DNA of 64,000 nt, from contig JBAZZB010000003.1 in the NCBI GenBank assembly GCA_041659045.1, positions 28,212-92,211 of the forward strand, read 5' to 3'. Both the position numbers and the translations under genes were made by a program. Source of the DNA: Patescibacteria group bacterium (GTDB lineage Bacteria > Patescibacteriota > Patescibacteriia > SG8-24 > DYFX01). Shown here piece by piece: positions 18,221 through 28,578 of the stretch (position 1 is its first letter; every line of letters begins with the position of its first letter). The notes under the pieces were generated by a model. That model had not been told where the DNA came from, did no database searches, and was given only the letters and a program-made list of their open reading frames with translations.

Positions 18221-18573
18221 AGATGTAATTCGTCGCGCAAACGCTCGGCGCGTTCCAAACATTCTCGCCCAAACCGATCAAGGGCCGTCATCACGCGCGT
18301 CTGCGCGTCCGGAACCCGAATATCAAAAAATGCGATAAGCTCATCTTCGCTTGCGCCCTCTTCCGCCATCTTACGGAACGCTTCAAGCGAATGCGGATCG
18401 ATCGCGTGCATCAATTCAAACCCAACGCGCCTCTGTGCCTCGGCCGTCAGTGCCGCAACCGTTTCGGCGCGCTCTTCCGCAGGTGCATGCGCGAACCCGG
18501 CCTTGGCAACCAAGGCTTCAACATAGGCGCGAATCGGGTCGTGCGCGAAGACGGAAACGAGCGGTGGGTTCAT
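18217..18573 (-). CDS. hypothetical protein, 118 aa
   Basis: ORF track. Translationally coupled to the downstream 468-aa gene. Confidence 0.45.
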   Translation of the reverse strand: MNPPLVSVFAHDPIRAYVEALVAKAGFAHAPAEERAETVAALTAEAQRRVGFELMHAIDPHSLEAFRKMAEEGASEDELIAFFDIRVPDAQTRVMTALDRFGRECLERAERLRDELHL

Positions 18574-18624
18574 ACCTGAACAGTATAAGGCAAAAACGAC
18601 CTCAAGCGAAGCTCCCAGGAGGAT

Positions 18625-18653
18625 CTTGCTCTCTGGAGAGGCCTATGCTACAC
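18625..18653 (+). promoter_or_regulatory. candidate promoter for tRNA-Asp
   Basis: TTGCTC-N17-TACACT about 20 nt upstream of the tRNA 5' end. Confidence 0.35.
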
Positions 18654-18670
18654 TTTGGCAGTCAAAAAAG

Positions 18671-18748
18671 GGGCCAGTAGCGAAGCCCGGTTATCGCGTC
18701 TCCCTGTCACGGAGAAGGTCGCGGGTTCGAATCCCGTCTGGCCCGCCA
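18671..18748 (+). tRNA. tRNA-Asp (anticodon GUC), CCA encoded
   Basis: Hand-folded cloverleaf: 7-bp acceptor stem GGGCCAG/CTGGCCC, D stem GCGA/TCGC, anticodon stem TCTCC/GGAGA with loop CTGTCAC (U33, GUC, A37), T stem GCGGG/CCCGT with TTCGAAT loop, discriminator G and CCA. Confidence 0.85.
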
Positions 18749-18870
18749 GAGAAAGATCCTCAGAAATGGGGATTTTTCTTTTGTATACCAGAGACGCGAT
18801 GACGAGGACGTGGCTTTTCTTGGAGATTTCGCGCACATAAAAACCGCTCCCAAGAGGAAGCGGTAGCGGC

Positions 18871-19797
18871 TCATTCGCCGCCAAAACCGGCGGCATAGAG
18901 CGTGCGTGCGTGCGCCATTCTCGCATCATGCGGTTTGCGTTCTCCAGTCATGGCATTGAAAGACTCTTTTGCGTCACCTCGTCGCAAGATGAAGACTCTC
19001 CCGCGACCGTCAGGATCACGCTGTACTTCATCAAAAGCCTCGTCGGGTACGCGGAGGCCGTCTTCTCGGCGCACCAGAAACCATGAGGCTTCTTTTTGCG
19101 CGATCGTGAAGGCTTCGTCGGCGTCGGCAGAATGCACTTCGTCGTAGGCAAAGGCCCCGACCTTCTGACCCTGGGCGTTGATCAAGACCCAACCATCTGG
19201 CTCGCGCACCCAGGCGCAACCCTTGTAGAAGTCGCAGGCGTCGTCGTAGCTTTTGCGCCACGCCCGTTGCCCCGAGGTATTCAAGAAAGCGAAGCGAGAG
19301 CCGATGCGAACAAGTGCCAGTCCGGAATCGCTGAAATCGTAGGCGTTGGTAATACCTCGCAATCCCCTCAACTTGCCGTCGGCACCAAGCAGCCGCCACG
19401 TGCCGCCTTTCTCCACCCAACGCACGTCGTTGTATGGTTCGATGCTGATGCGATCGAACGTGCCAATGATCGTGCCGTCGGGCATCACCGCCGTACGAGG
19501 CACAAGATCGTCCTCCGGACTTCTTGACCCGATCCAGACAATAGGACCCGGACCATCTTTGTGACCACGATGATTGCCGGCGAGCACTGCTTCGGCAATC
19601 TCTCGTCCACGCACATCAATCAACCAAGAACGATGATCGTGTTTGTCCGTCACTTCGGCAATGCACGCCTCGCTCAAGACCGCCGCCCATCGATACGGGC
19701 CGCCGATACGCTTTCCTGAGGCGTCGTTGTGGTACCAGTATTCGCCCTGTAGAACGAACAGTGTCGATCCGAATGGCTCACTTTTCTTGTTCTTCAT
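18871..19797 (-). CDS. WG-repeat-like beta-propeller protein, 308 aa
   Basis: Repeated ...G.W..........G... units rich in W/G/D (e.g. GEYWYHNDASGKRIGGPYRW, GCAWVREPDGWVLINAQGQKVG). Family assignment is tentative. Confidence 0.55.
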   Translation of the reverse strand: MKNKKSEPFGSTLFVLQGEYWYHNDASGKRIGGPYRWAAVLSEACIAEVTDKHDHRSWLIDVRGREIAEAVLAGNHRGHKDGPGPIVWIGSRSPEDDLVPRTAVMPDGTIIGTFDRISIEPYNDVRWVEKGGTWRLLGADGKLRGLRGITNAYDFSDSGLALVRIGSRFAFLNTSGQRAWRKSYDDACDFYKGCAWVREPDGWVLINAQGQKVGAFAYDEVHSADADEAFTIAQKEASWFLVRREDGLRVPDEAFDEVQRDPDGRGRVFILRRGDAKESFNAMTGERKPHDARMAHARTLYAAGFGGE

Positions 19798-19935
19798 GGA
19801 AAGACCTTTCTGTCGTGCTGCGTGCCAGACTAGCAGTCATGATCCCCCTTGGCAATGCGGCGCTCATGCACAACACCATGTCCTTACCACACCTACATTG
19901 TGCGTTTCGTCCAAGTGATCGCCGCTTGAACGAAA

Positions 19936-19961
19936 AACGAGGCCTAAGCCTCGTTTTTTTT
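19936..19961. terminator. bidirectional intrinsic terminator
   Basis: AACGAGGC-ctaa-GCCTCGTT with an A-tract on one side and TTTTTTTT on the other. Confidence 0.6.
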
Positions 19962-20223
19962 ATTTGCCGGTCGCCCAGACTTTCAGCGTCTCGTAGTCAA
20001 CCGCGCCACAGAGTTTCGCGCCGGTTTCTTCGTTAACGAAGAACGGCACGCCGCCGCACATGTTCTCCGCATCCTTCTGTCCGCGCAGCTTGTTATTCGC
20101 TTCGTCGTGCCAAGTCTCAAGTTTTTGAACCTCGACGCCGAGTTCCTTTTCCAGCTGTTCGACAAGCGGCGCCATGCGGACGCAGTGTGGGCATTCTTTA
20201 CCGTAGAATTCGAGGAGGGCCAT
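19960..20223 (-). CDS. thioredoxin-family protein
   Basis: 87 aa with a CPHC active-site motif (EFYGKECPHCVRMAP). Confidence 0.8.
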   Translation of the reverse strand: MALLEFYGKECPHCVRMAPLVEQLEKELGVEVQKLETWHDEANNKLRGQKDAENMCGGVPFFVNEETGAKLCGAVDYETLKVWATGK

Positions 20224-20324
20224 GCGGATGCGTAATGAATCTTATCCACACGGTATCCCAGACACGACTGGACGGCAACCGCGCGCACCGATACGGTAGG
20301 GATACCACCAGAAGGAGGCTCGCC

Positions 20325-20792
20325 GTGAGCATGGACAAGCTTTTCAGCCAATTCGCCAGAGCGACCGAGCCGAACGATCGCAAGCTCTACCTGTCGAGCG
20401 TTCTGTATTCGCTCTTTCACCTCGTTGTCATGTGGTACGTCTACGTGCGCGGCGTCCACACCGCGCCGTACGCGCTCGTGATCGTACATATGGTTTTCGT
20501 CGGCGTGCTCTATGCCCTGCCGAAGGAGATCCAGCGCTGGCACAACGGCACGACATCAAGCGCGCCAAAAGCCGGACACCTCCTCGTACTGATCTGGCTC
20601 CTTAGTTTCATCGCCATGTGCATGATCCAGCTCTGCAGCGATGGCGCCTACCGGCTCCCCGAAGGCATGACCGAGATGACAGCCTTCCTGATCGTCGCGC
20701 TCGGACTGACGCACGCGTCGAAACGCAAGCACGAGCTCAAACACGGACCGTGTCCGCCACCGAACGGCACAGACGAAAAAACCCCGACCTAA
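20325..20792 (+). CDS. hypothetical membrane protein
   Basis: GGAGG 6 nt before GTG 20325 (ATG at 20331 is an alternative). Four hydrophobic helices, including LYLSSVLYSLFHLVVMWYVYV. Confidence 0.5.
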   Translation: MSMDKLFSQFARATEPNDRKLYLSSVLYSLFHLVVMWYVYVRGVHTAPYALVIVHMVFVGVLYALPKEIQRWHNGTTSSAPKAGHLLVLIWLLSFIAMCMIQLCSDGAYRLPEGMTEMTAFLIVALGLTHASKRKHELKHGPCPPPNGTDEKTPT

Positions 20793-20834
20793 TCCCACGC
20801 CGCCAAGGCTCTGTGGGACGCGCGTCGGGGCTTT

Positions 20835-21983
20835 TTATGACTTGGCCGATGGTAGCTTGACCGTGAACGTCGTCTCCTTGCCCGGCACGCTCTTGAAAGA
20901 AATCGCGCCGTTCATACCCTCAACGAGACGCTTCACGATGAACAGGCCGAGACCGCTTCCTTCAACACCGCTTGAAGCCTTCGCACGCCAGAACTTTTCA
21001 AAGAGGTGCTTCTGCTCCTCAAGCGCGATACCCGGACCATCGTCGACGACGTCGTATCTGAGGTACGGTTCCTCACGCGCAATGCGGATACGCACGCTAC
21101 CACCTTCTTTGTTGTACTTCACAGCGTTCGAGACGAGGTTTACGAGCACTTCGTCGACGCGTCGATCGTCGGCCAGCGCCATCGGCACGAGTCCATTCGT
21201 CTCCTCGATCACCAGCGACACCTTTTTCTTGGCGGCAATCGGCTCGATCTCTTTAACAATACCCTTGGCCGCGTCAAGTAAATTCACGAACTCTTTCTTG
21301 AACGGAATGCGCTTAGAGTCGAGGCGTGCCATGTTCAGCAAATCTTCCACCAAAGTCGCGAGATTTTTGCTTGCAGAAACAGCGTCTTCAAATGCCTGGC
21401 GAATCTCCGCGTTCATGCGACGATCGGCAATTGATTCAAGACTCCAACGAATCGAGGTTACTGGCGTACGCAATTCATGCGCCGCCACGAAAAGAAATTC
21501 GTCTTTGAGCTTCAAGACTTCCGTCTGACGCTCAATCTCTTTCTTTTGAGCATCTTCGAGCGCACGCGTACGCTCTTTTACTTTGTTCTCCAAAGACTCG
21601 CGCTCCGTCCTAAGCGCGGCCGCCATCGCGTCAAAACGTTCGGCCAGAACCTGCAATTCGTCGCCGGTATTAACCGCGAGATGCAGATCAAGGTTCCCCT
21701 TCATAATTTCCTCTGTACCGCGCGTCAGCTGAGCCACCGGACCAAAGATGCGGGTGATCACCAAGTAGGTGAAATAACCGGCCAACACCAACGTTGAAAT
21801 CAAGATGATTGCGACGAGGTTTTGGCGATCGAGGTTCAAGATATGCGTGAACGTCTGCTCGTCAATAATAATCTGCGTGACGATCATGTACGTCACGATG
21901 AGCAGAATTTCGAAGAAGATGACCGTACCGGCCACCTTGAGTCCGATGTTCGGATGAATTTTCAAACGTTCCCGAAGGCTCAT
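20835..21983 (-). CDS. sensor histidine kinase (2 TM, HAMP, HisKA, HATPase_c), no cognate response regulator nearby
   Basis: H-box FVAAHELRTPVTSI and ATP-binding N/G boxes (...LVSNAVKYNKEGGSV...DDGPGI...GSGLGLFIV...). Confidence 0.85.
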   Translation of the reverse strand: MSLRERLKIHPNIGLKVAGTVIFFEILLIVTYMIVTQIIIDEQTFTHILNLDRQNLVAIILISTLVLAGYFTYLVITRIFGPVAQLTRGTEEIMKGNLDLHLAVNTGDELQVLAERFDAMAAALRTERESLENKVKERTRALEDAQKKEIERQTEVLKLKDEFLFVAAHELRTPVTSIRWSLESIADRRMNAEIRQAFEDAVSASKNLATLVEDLLNMARLDSKRIPFKKEFVNLLDAAKGIVKEIEPIAAKKKVSLVIEETNGLVPMALADDRRVDEVLVNLVSNAVKYNKEGGSVRIRIAREEPYLRYDVVDDGPGIALEEQKHLFEKFWRAKASSGVEGSGLGLFIVKRLVEGMNGAISFKSVPGKETTFTVKLPSAKS

Positions 21984-22005
21984 ACCCCTTCAGTATAGCA
22001 TTGTT

Positions 22006-23442
22006 TCAAGGCAGCTCGCGGATTTCGACGCGATCGGCCAGAGAACCGATCGGATCGCCCCCAACAACGACAATTTTATCACCGGAAGCAGCCAAGCCGA
22101 GCGCGATCACAGACTTCGTCACTTCTTGAAAAAAATCTTCGGCATCCTTGGCACGCTTCTGTAAGACAGGCAGCACACCCCACGAAACACTCAACTGCCG
22201 CCTTACCCGAGCATTGTCCGTCGTCACGAGAATCGGCATTTCAGGGCGGAAACGACTGACCACGCGTCCAAGGTCCCCATGCGCAGAGGCGACGACAACC
22301 AGTTTTACGTCAACATCCCGAACGAGTACGTTCGCGATTTCAGAAACAGCCTCTTCAACAGAGCGAGCATCGCCACGTCGATGATCGACATCAAGATTAT
22401 CAAGCGTCGAATTTTCCGTTTCCCGGACGATTCGGGCCATCATTTCCACCGACTCAAGAGGGTGCGCGCCTCCGGCTGTTTCGCCGGAAAGCATGACGGC
22501 GTCTGCGTGATCGATAACGGCATTCGCGACATCCGACACCTCCGCTCGCGTTGGTCGCGGATTACGGATCATCGAATCAAGCATCTGTGTTGCCACAATG
22601 ACGGGCTTCGAAGCCGCGCGGCATTTCGACACAAGCTGCTTTTGCACGATCGGCACGCGTTCGGGAGCCATTTCAATGCCCAAATCCCCTCGCGCGACCA
22701 TAATCACGTCAACCGCTTCGATAATTTCATCCATGCAATTGACCGCCTCGCGCTTCTCGATCTTCGCCACAATGCGGATTGATGCTTCTTGCGGCGCGCG
22801 CGCGAACGATTCGGCTCGCGTGATCATCTCGCGGAGCTCAATGATTTCTTTCGCGGAGCGCACGAATGAGAGCGCAATAAAATCAACACCTTGAGCTACG
22901 CCGAATTCCAAATCCGCTTTATCCTTTTCCGTAATCGGTGAAATCGATAGCTTTGAATCCGGAAAATTCACGCCCTTGTGAGACGTGAGCAAACCGCCGT
23001 CAATCATTTCGCAAATAACGTCGCGTCCTTTAACCTCTAGCACCTTGGCCGACAACAAACCGTCGTCGAGCAGAATACGTTCTCCCGCCTTCACGTCCTT
23101 GTGCAGGAATTCGTAGGTGACAGGCAATCGCAAATCATCGACCGCCGATTCCCCCGTCGTGAACGTCACGCGTGCGCCCGCTTTAAGTTCAATCCCCTCT
23201 TTCGGCAGCACGCCAGCTCTAATTTTCGGACCTTGAAGGTCTTGAAGAATCGCGATCGGCTCGCCGAGCTCGTCCGCCGCGGCGCGGATTTTACGAATCA
23301 GTTCAGCGTGCTCTTCGTAGGTGCCGTGGGAAAAGTTCAGACGCGCGACGTTCATACCCGCGCGTATCATGTTCGAAAGCATCTCCGGTGAGGAGGAGGC
23401 GGGTCCGATCGTGCAGACAATTTTCGTGCGTTTGAATGTCAT
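22006..23442 (-). CDS. pyk: pyruvate kinase
   Basis: MTFKRTKIVCTIGPASSSPEML...NFSHG...MVARGDLGIE... canonical throughout. Confidence 0.9.
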   Translation of the reverse strand: MTFKRTKIVCTIGPASSSPEMLSNMIRAGMNVARLNFSHGTYEEHAELIRKIRAAADELGEPIAILQDLQGPKIRAGVLPKEGIELKAGARVTFTTGESAVDDLRLPVTYEFLHKDVKAGERILLDDGLLSAKVLEVKGRDVICEMIDGGLLTSHKGVNFPDSKLSISPITEKDKADLEFGVAQGVDFIALSFVRSAKEIIELREMITRAESFARAPQEASIRIVAKIEKREAVNCMDEIIEAVDVIMVARGDLGIEMAPERVPIVQKQLVSKCRAASKPVIVATQMLDSMIRNPRPTRAEVSDVANAVIDHADAVMLSGETAGGAHPLESVEMMARIVRETENSTLDNLDVDHRRGDARSVEEAVSEIANVLVRDVDVKLVVVASAHGDLGRVVSRFRPEMPILVTTDNARVRRQLSVSWGVLPVLQKRAKDAEDFFQEVTKSVIALGLAASGDKIVVVGGDPIGSLADRVEIRELP

Positions 23443-23448
23443 AGGTGG

Positions 23449-24675
23449 TTACGGCGCGTCCGGCAGCACGCCGAGCGTGACCGGAATGACGCGTTCGACT
23501 CCGTCGCGCAAAATACGCACTTGTACGACGTCCCCCGCCCTCTTCTTAGCGATCACGGTGGACAACGGGTGTTCAATTTCCAATCGGACTCCGTCAACAT
23601 CGAGCAAAACGTCGCCCGCCTTGAGTCCAGCCTTGTCTGCTGGAGAATCATGCACGATCGCTGCGCCATCACCCTGTGTCGTTCCGCCGACCAACAACGC
23701 GCCATACCCTACTTCAAGACCGTTACGCTTCGCAGTTTCCGCCGTCAGCATCGAGTAGCGTACGCCCAGCCACGGCCGGACAATCTTGCCGTGAACTTTC
23801 ACACTCTCGATCACGATCTTGACGGCATTGATCGGAATCGCGAATCCGATCGATTGTCCGGAGCGATTGATGGCCGTGTTTACACCAATGACTTTTCCTT
23901 CAAGATCCACGAGCGGTCCGCCGGAGTTACCCGGGTTAATCGCGGCATCCGTCTGCAAAGCCTCTTCGAGCACCTCCGACTCTCCAGAGCCGTTTCCCGC
24001 GATCACGCGGCGGTTGATGGCAGAGATGACGCCTTTCGTAACGGAGTTGCGATATTCCGACAACGAGTTACCGATGGCGATAACGGTTTCGCCCGGCGAG
24101 AGCACATCTGAGTCTCCGAGCGGAGCGACCGTGAGCCCTGTCGCCTGAACTTTCAAGACGGCAATATCAAGAATGGAATCTCGCGCCAAAACGGTGGCTG
24201 GGAGAATAGTGCCGTCGGAAAATACGACTTCGTAGTCGGCTTCGGTATCGGCAGCGACATGGCGGTTCGTAAGGATGAGACCGTCTTCAGAAATAACAAA
24301 GCCCGTGCCTCCGCCGATTTCCTGTTTTTGCCCGGGCACAGTCGGTGCTTGAGGGATTTCAAATCCGAAATAGCCGAGCGGGCCGGTGGTTTCGTACAGT
24401 TTAGAAAGATCTTTTTTAACCACGACGCTCACAACCGCCGGCGACACTTCGCGGACCGCGTCGATCACGCGGCGATCTTCGGCTGACACCGGTTGTCGCG
24501 CAACAGCGGCAGCGGGATCAGCCGTTTCGCGCCACGGATAATACTTTTGATTCAGAGAAACGGCGAAGAGGACGCCAAACGCGGCACCGGAAAAACTTCC
24601 CAAAAGAAAACTCGCCACAATGACGTACGTCAGCGGATTGCGGCGTTCACTTTTCTGCGCGGACGTATCCTCCAT
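23449..24675 (-). CDS. HtrA/DegP-family serine protease with PDZ domain
   Basis: N-terminal TM, catalytic ...GNSGGPLVDLEGKVIGVNTAI..., C-terminal PDZ. Confidence 0.85.
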   Translation of the reverse strand: MEDTSAQKSERRNPLTYVIVASFLLGSFSGAAFGVLFAVSLNQKYYPWRETADPAAAVARQPVSAEDRRVIDAVREVSPAVVSVVVKKDLSKLYETTGPLGYFGFEIPQAPTVPGQKQEIGGGTGFVISEDGLILTNRHVAADTEADYEVVFSDGTILPATVLARDSILDIAVLKVQATGLTVAPLGDSDVLSPGETVIAIGNSLSEYRNSVTKGVISAINRRVIAGNGSGESEVLEEALQTDAAINPGNSGGPLVDLEGKVIGVNTAINRSGQSIGFAIPINAVKIVIESVKVHGKIVRPWLGVRYSMLTAETAKRNGLEVGYGALLVGGTTQGDGAAIVHDSPADKAGLKAGDVLLDVDGVRLEIEHPLSTVIAKKRAGDVVQVRILRDGVERVIPVTLGVLPDAP

Positions 24676-24683
24676 AGTCCGTA

Positions 24684-25148
24684 TCAGCGTTTTTTCTTGG
24701 ACTTGGCCAAATGTTCGAGCGCGTCCTGGAACGTTTTCACGTCCTCAAAGGCGCGATAGACCGATGCGAAGCGAATATACGCGACCGTATCGACTTGCTT
24801 CAGGCGATTCATGACGATCTCTCCGACTTCGCGACTCGTCACTTCGTTCTTCTTTCTCTTTTGCAAATCTCGTTCCACCTGATTCACGAGATCCTTGAAA
24901 ACCTCAGCCGTGATCGGTCGTTTTTGGATGGCCTTGCGGAGTCCAGACTCAAGCTTCTCGCGCATGTAGGTTTCGCGCTGGCCGTCGCGCTTCACGACCG
25001 TGAGATCGAGAATTTCGCTTTCTTCGACAGTCGAGAAACGGAAATGGCACTTGAGACATTGCCGACGACGACGAATGCTCATCCCACCTTGTGACAGGCG
25101 GGAGTCAACAACTTTGGTGTCTTTGTGGTTGCACGCAACGCACCTCAC
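24684..25148 (-). CDS. nrdR: transcriptional repressor NrdR
   Basis: [17 protein letters not shown]...[11 protein letters not shown] zinc ribbon plus ATP-cone. Start is GTG forming GTGA with the ftsZ stop. Confidence 0.9.
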   Translation of the reverse strand: MRCVACNHKDTKVVDSRLSQGGMSIRRRRQCLKCHFRFSTVEESEILDLTVVKRDGQRETYMREKLESGLRKAIQKRPITAEVFKDLVNQVERDLQKRKKNEVTSREVGEIVMNRLKQVDTVAYIRFASVYRAFEDVKTFQDALEHLAKSKKKR

Positions 25149-26431
25149 AGCATCTTCTTCCGAATGAAGGCGGGGATGTCGAGCTCTTCTTCTTCAGCGG
25201 CCGTGCCGGCCGGTTGCGGTACCGGGGAGGTGCCGCGGAAGCGCTGAGGCTCCGGTTCGAGCGACTTGATACGCTTCGGCATAGCCGAGGCGCGCGACGG
25301 ATCAAATACCGGTTGTGGTTGGGGCTGAACTTGAGGCTTCACTTCAATCGGGCGCACGGCGGCCACGACCGGTTTTTCCTCGGCAGGTTTCGTAGCAAAA
25401 ATAGAAGGCTTCGAAGCGGGGGCAATTGAACCAGCCGAGAGAATACTCTTCATCGACGTGGTCATCTGTGAACGCTCCTGGTTGTCAAAACCCGTCGCCA
25501 CGACAGTGACTTTGATCTCGTCTTTCATCGATTCATCAATGACCGCACCGAAGATCACCTTGGCGCCCTCGTCGGCCTTCTCTGTAATAACAGCGGCCGC
25601 GTCGGCGACTTCTTTCATGCCCAGGCTCGGACCGCCCGTGACGGTAAACAAGATGCCGCGCGCGCCATCGATCGAGACCTCAAGAAGAGGGCTCGCGATC
25701 GCCTGCTTCGCAGCTTCGATCGCGCGGCCTTCTCCGGCACCGCGACCGATACCCATGAGAGCTGAGCCTTGGCCGAGCATGATCGCCTTCACGTCGGCAA
25801 AGTCGACGTTGATGAGGCCCGGCACGGTGATAAGTTCGCTGATACCTTGAACGCCTTGGCGCAAGACGTCATCGACAATTTTGAAGGCGTCGAGAAGCGA
25901 CGTCGTTTTATCGATGAGACCGAGAACGCGGTCGTTCGGAATCGTGATGATGGTGTCGAGACGATCTTTCAATTCCTTGTAACCGGCCTCCGCGACGTCG
26001 CGGCGCTTCGCACCTTCAAACGCGAAGGGGCGCGTAACCACAGCGACGGTGAGCGCGCCGAGGTCACGAGCGATTTCCGCCACGACCGGCGCCGCACCCG
26101 TACCCGTGCCTCCGCCGAGTCCACACGTCACGAACACCATGTCAGCGTCCTTGAGCGCTTCGCGGATTTCGTTGGCGCTCTCTTCGGCGGCGCGCTTGCC
26201 CATTTCAGGATCCATGCCTGCGCCAAGGCCGCGCGTAACGGTTTTTCCGATATGCAACTTCACAGGCGCGTGCGAGTGATGCAGCGCTTGAACGTCCGTG
26301 TTAACGGCGATGAATTCGACACCGCGGATTTTCGACAAAATCATGCGGTTGACGGCGGAGTTGCCCGAACCGCCGACGCCGACGACTTTGATCTTCGCGA
26401 ATGTTTCTACCGCGGGTTTGACTTCGCCCAT
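25145..26431 (-). CDS. ftsZ: cell division protein FtsZ
   Basis: [16 protein letters not shown] tubulin signature; full-length FtsZ with a Pro/Gln-rich linker. Confidence 0.95.
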   Translation of the reverse strand: MGEVKPAVETFAKIKVVGVGGSGNSAVNRMILSKIRGVEFIAVNTDVQALHHSHAPVKLHIGKTVTRGLGAGMDPEMGKRAAEESANEIREALKDADMVFVTCGLGGGTGTGAAPVVAEIARDLGALTVAVVTRPFAFEGAKRRDVAEAGYKELKDRLDTIITIPNDRVLGLIDKTTSLLDAFKIVDDVLRQGVQGISELITVPGLINVDFADVKAIMLGQGSALMGIGRGAGEGRAIEAAKQAIASPLLEVSIDGARGILFTVTGGPSLGMKEVADAAAVITEKADEGAKVIFGAVIDESMKDEIKVTVVATGFDNQERSQMTTSMKSILSAGSIAPASKPSIFATKPAEEKPVVAAVRPIEVKPQVQPQPQPVFDPSRASAMPKRIKSLEPEPQRFRGTSPVPQPAGTAAEEEELDIPAFIRKKML

Positions 26432-26538
26432 AGTGGCGCTGCGCGCGAGTGGTTATAAATCTTCTCTTTCAGCGTACATAAAAAAATCCCCTTTCTCAAG
26501 GGTCTTTGAACACGATTATTGTTCACCTTATGCCCATC

Positions 26539-27798
26539 TCAAGGCAGGAGCGAGCGTAATAGCTTTTTAAAGCGGCTTCCGACCTGCAAATCACCGAATT
26601 TGCTGGCCAAGCCGTTTTGACCGCGCGCATTCTCCGAAAGGTGGTGGCCCCAAAGAACGAGGCCGACCGCCGTCGAAAAAGCGATGTCGTTTGTGCGATC
26701 GGTGATACTTGAGACGTTTACCGGATAGCCGAGCGCGGCCGGGAGGCGCAGTTCTGTCTTGGCCATGTCGACTAAACCGTTCAACTTCGCTCCCCCACCG
26801 GTCAGGATGATGCCGGCCGGAAGACGTCCGCTGCGGTCGATCTTCTTGAGTTCCTTATCGATTTTGCCAAAAATTTCTTCGACGCGCGCCTCGATAATTT
26901 CAGCGACAAACTTCTTGCTGACAACTTCGTCCTCTTCGGCGCCAAGATCGGCGAGGCGGATGTCTTCGCGCTTCGCTTCACGCGACGAGGCGAGACCATG
27001 TTCAACCTTCACGCGTTCCGCAACTTCAATCGAGGTGCGCAAACCGATCGCCACGTCGGACGTAATGTGATCGCTGCCAATCGGAAGCACGACCGTGCGC
27101 AACACGTCTCCATCTTCATAAACGGCAAGCGACGTAGTGGAGCTTCCGATGTTGGCGACGGCGACACCCAATTCTTTTTGGCGCGAGCTGGCAACGGCTT
27201 CGGAGGCCGCCAAAATACCGAGCACGACGTCGTCGATCTCGATGCCGGTGCGATAGACGCACTTGGAAAGATTTTTGAGCTGCGAAGAAAGACTCTGGAT
27301 GATTTGCGCGTCGACTTCCAAACGAATGCCGGTCATGCCGACCGGATCCTTAATACCCGACTGCCCGTCGACGATAAAACTCTTGGGCAGGACGTGGAGA
27401 ATTTCGTAGTTTAAAGGTGTGGCAACGGTACGAGCAGCTTCAAGAGCGCGCTCGACGTCTTCTTCGCGGATCTCGCCGTCGGAACGCGAGACCGCAACGA
27501 CACCTTTTGATTCCTGGGAAACGATGTGGCTACCGGAAATGCCGACAAAAGCGCGCTCGATTTGCACGCCGGTCATGCGCTCGACTTTTTCCAAACAGGT
27601 AGAGACCGAAGAGATGGCGTCTTCAATCGAGGTGATCACACCCTTGTTGACGCCGACTGACGGAGCTTCTGCCGCGCCGATGATCTGGATCGACTCGCGG
27701 CCACCCGCGGAAGAACTGCGTTGCCCGACGGCAACACGCACCGACGAAGAGCCGATGTCGAGACCTGCGACGATTTCGTTGGAGGAAGACTTCGCCAT
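26539..27798 (-). CDS. ftsA: cell division protein FtsA
   Basis: Actin-fold ...IVAGLDIGSSSVRVAVGQ.... Start at M10 (MAKSSSNEIV) by homology; the track's M1 would overlap dgkA by 22 nt. Confidence 0.9.
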   Translation of the reverse strand: MAKSSSNEIVAGLDIGSSSVRVAVGQRSSSAGGRESIQIIGAAEAPSVGVNKGVITSIEDAISSVSTCLEKVERMTGVQIERAFVGISGSHIVSQESKGVVAVSRSDGEIREEDVERALEAARTVATPLNYEILHVLPKSFIVDGQSGIKDPVGMTGIRLEVDAQIIQSLSSQLKNLSKCVYRTGIEIDDVVLGILAASEAVASSRQKELGVAVANIGSSTTSLAVYEDGDVLRTVVLPIGSDHITSDVAIGLRTSIEVAERVKVEHGLASSREAKREDIRLADLGAEEDEVVSKKFVAEIIEARVEEIFGKIDKELKKIDRSGRLPAGIILTGGGAKLNGLVDMAKTELRLPAALGYPVNVSSITDRTNDIAFSTAVGLVLWGHHLSENARGQNGLASKFGDLQVGSRFKKLLRSLLP

Positions 27799-27803
27799 AA
27801 AGT

Positions 27804-28163
27804 TCACTTGAAGACGTGCGGCCAAAACACCAAAACGCCCGCGAGGAGCGCGCCAACCGAACTGACGAGCACAGCACCCGCCATCATGTCCTTAATTTGC
27901 TCGGCGTACTCATGCATGCGCGGCTTGAACAGATCAACGAGCCGCTCGACGGCGCCGTTGAGTAATTCTAGCACGAGCGTCATCGCAGCGACAACGACAA
28001 GGAGCGCCGTTTCCGCGCGCGAGAGTTTGAAAATGAAGATCAGCACGGTCAGCACGACGGCCGCGAAGAGCTGAAGACGAAAACTCTGTTCTTCGCGAGC
28101 GAGCGTCATGATGCCCTTCACCGCGAAGCGCAGACTGCGCAGAAAACGCCCGGTATCAACCAT
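27804..28163 (-). CDS. dgkA: diacylglycerol / undecaprenol kinase (DgkA family)
   Basis: 119 aa, three TM, N-terminal ...FLRSLRFAVKGIMTLAREEQSFRLQ... matches the DgkA amphipathic start. Confidence 0.8.
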   Translation of the reverse strand: MVDTGRFLRSLRFAVKGIMTLAREEQSFRLQLFAAVVLTVLIFIFKLSRAETALLVVVAAMTLVLELLNGAVERLVDLFKPRMHEYAEQIKDMMAGAVLVSSVGALLAGVLVFWPHVFK

Positions 28164-28578
28164 ATTTTTGCGATTTCAGAATACGCTTTTGGAGCGGAAA
28201 CATGACGTTTTCGTCTTTGAGCGTTTCGTGGTCGTAACCCAAGAGGTGCAGCACGCCGTGGACAACAAGCATCGCGAGCTCGTCACGCAAGGGTTTCTTG
28301 GCTTCCTTCGCTTGGCGCTCGGCTTGCGCGACTGAAATGACAACGTCGCCGAGCAGCCCATGCTCACCGTCTGCGAACGAAAGGACGTCCGTCGTTTTTT
28401 TCTTGTTGCGATGCACCGTGTTGAGCTTTGTCATCTCGCGGTCGGAAACGAAAACGACGCCGACTTCGGCGGAAGTTTTTACCTTCGCGCCGCGCAGCGC
28501 GGCTTCGACCGTTTTTTTAATCCAAGCGTCGCTAACCGGCGCTTTGACGCGCCGAGCGACGGGAACGGTAACGATCAT
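28156..28578 (-). CDS. ybeY: rRNA maturation endoribonuclease YbeY
   Basis: ...VVHGVLHLLGYDHE... metal-binding H-x3-H-x5-H motif. Confidence 0.85.
   Translation of the reverse strand: MIVTVPVARRVKAPVSDAWIKKTVEAALRGAKVKTSAEVGVVFVSDREMTKLNTVHRNKKKTTDVLSFADGEHGLLGDVVISVAQAERQAKEAKKPLRDELAMLVVHGVLHLLGYDHETLKDENVMFPLQKRILKSQKYG

Noticed and set aside
18655-18840. 61-aa ORF on the plus strand
   Set aside because: It overlaps the tRNA-Asp gene and is not coding.
20776-20836. Terminator between the 20325-20792 gene and the histidine kinase
   Set aside because: An A-tract, a CCCCGAC...GTCGGGG pairing and a T-tract are present, but the loop is about 35 nt with competing internal pairings, so it is not confident enough to list as a feature.
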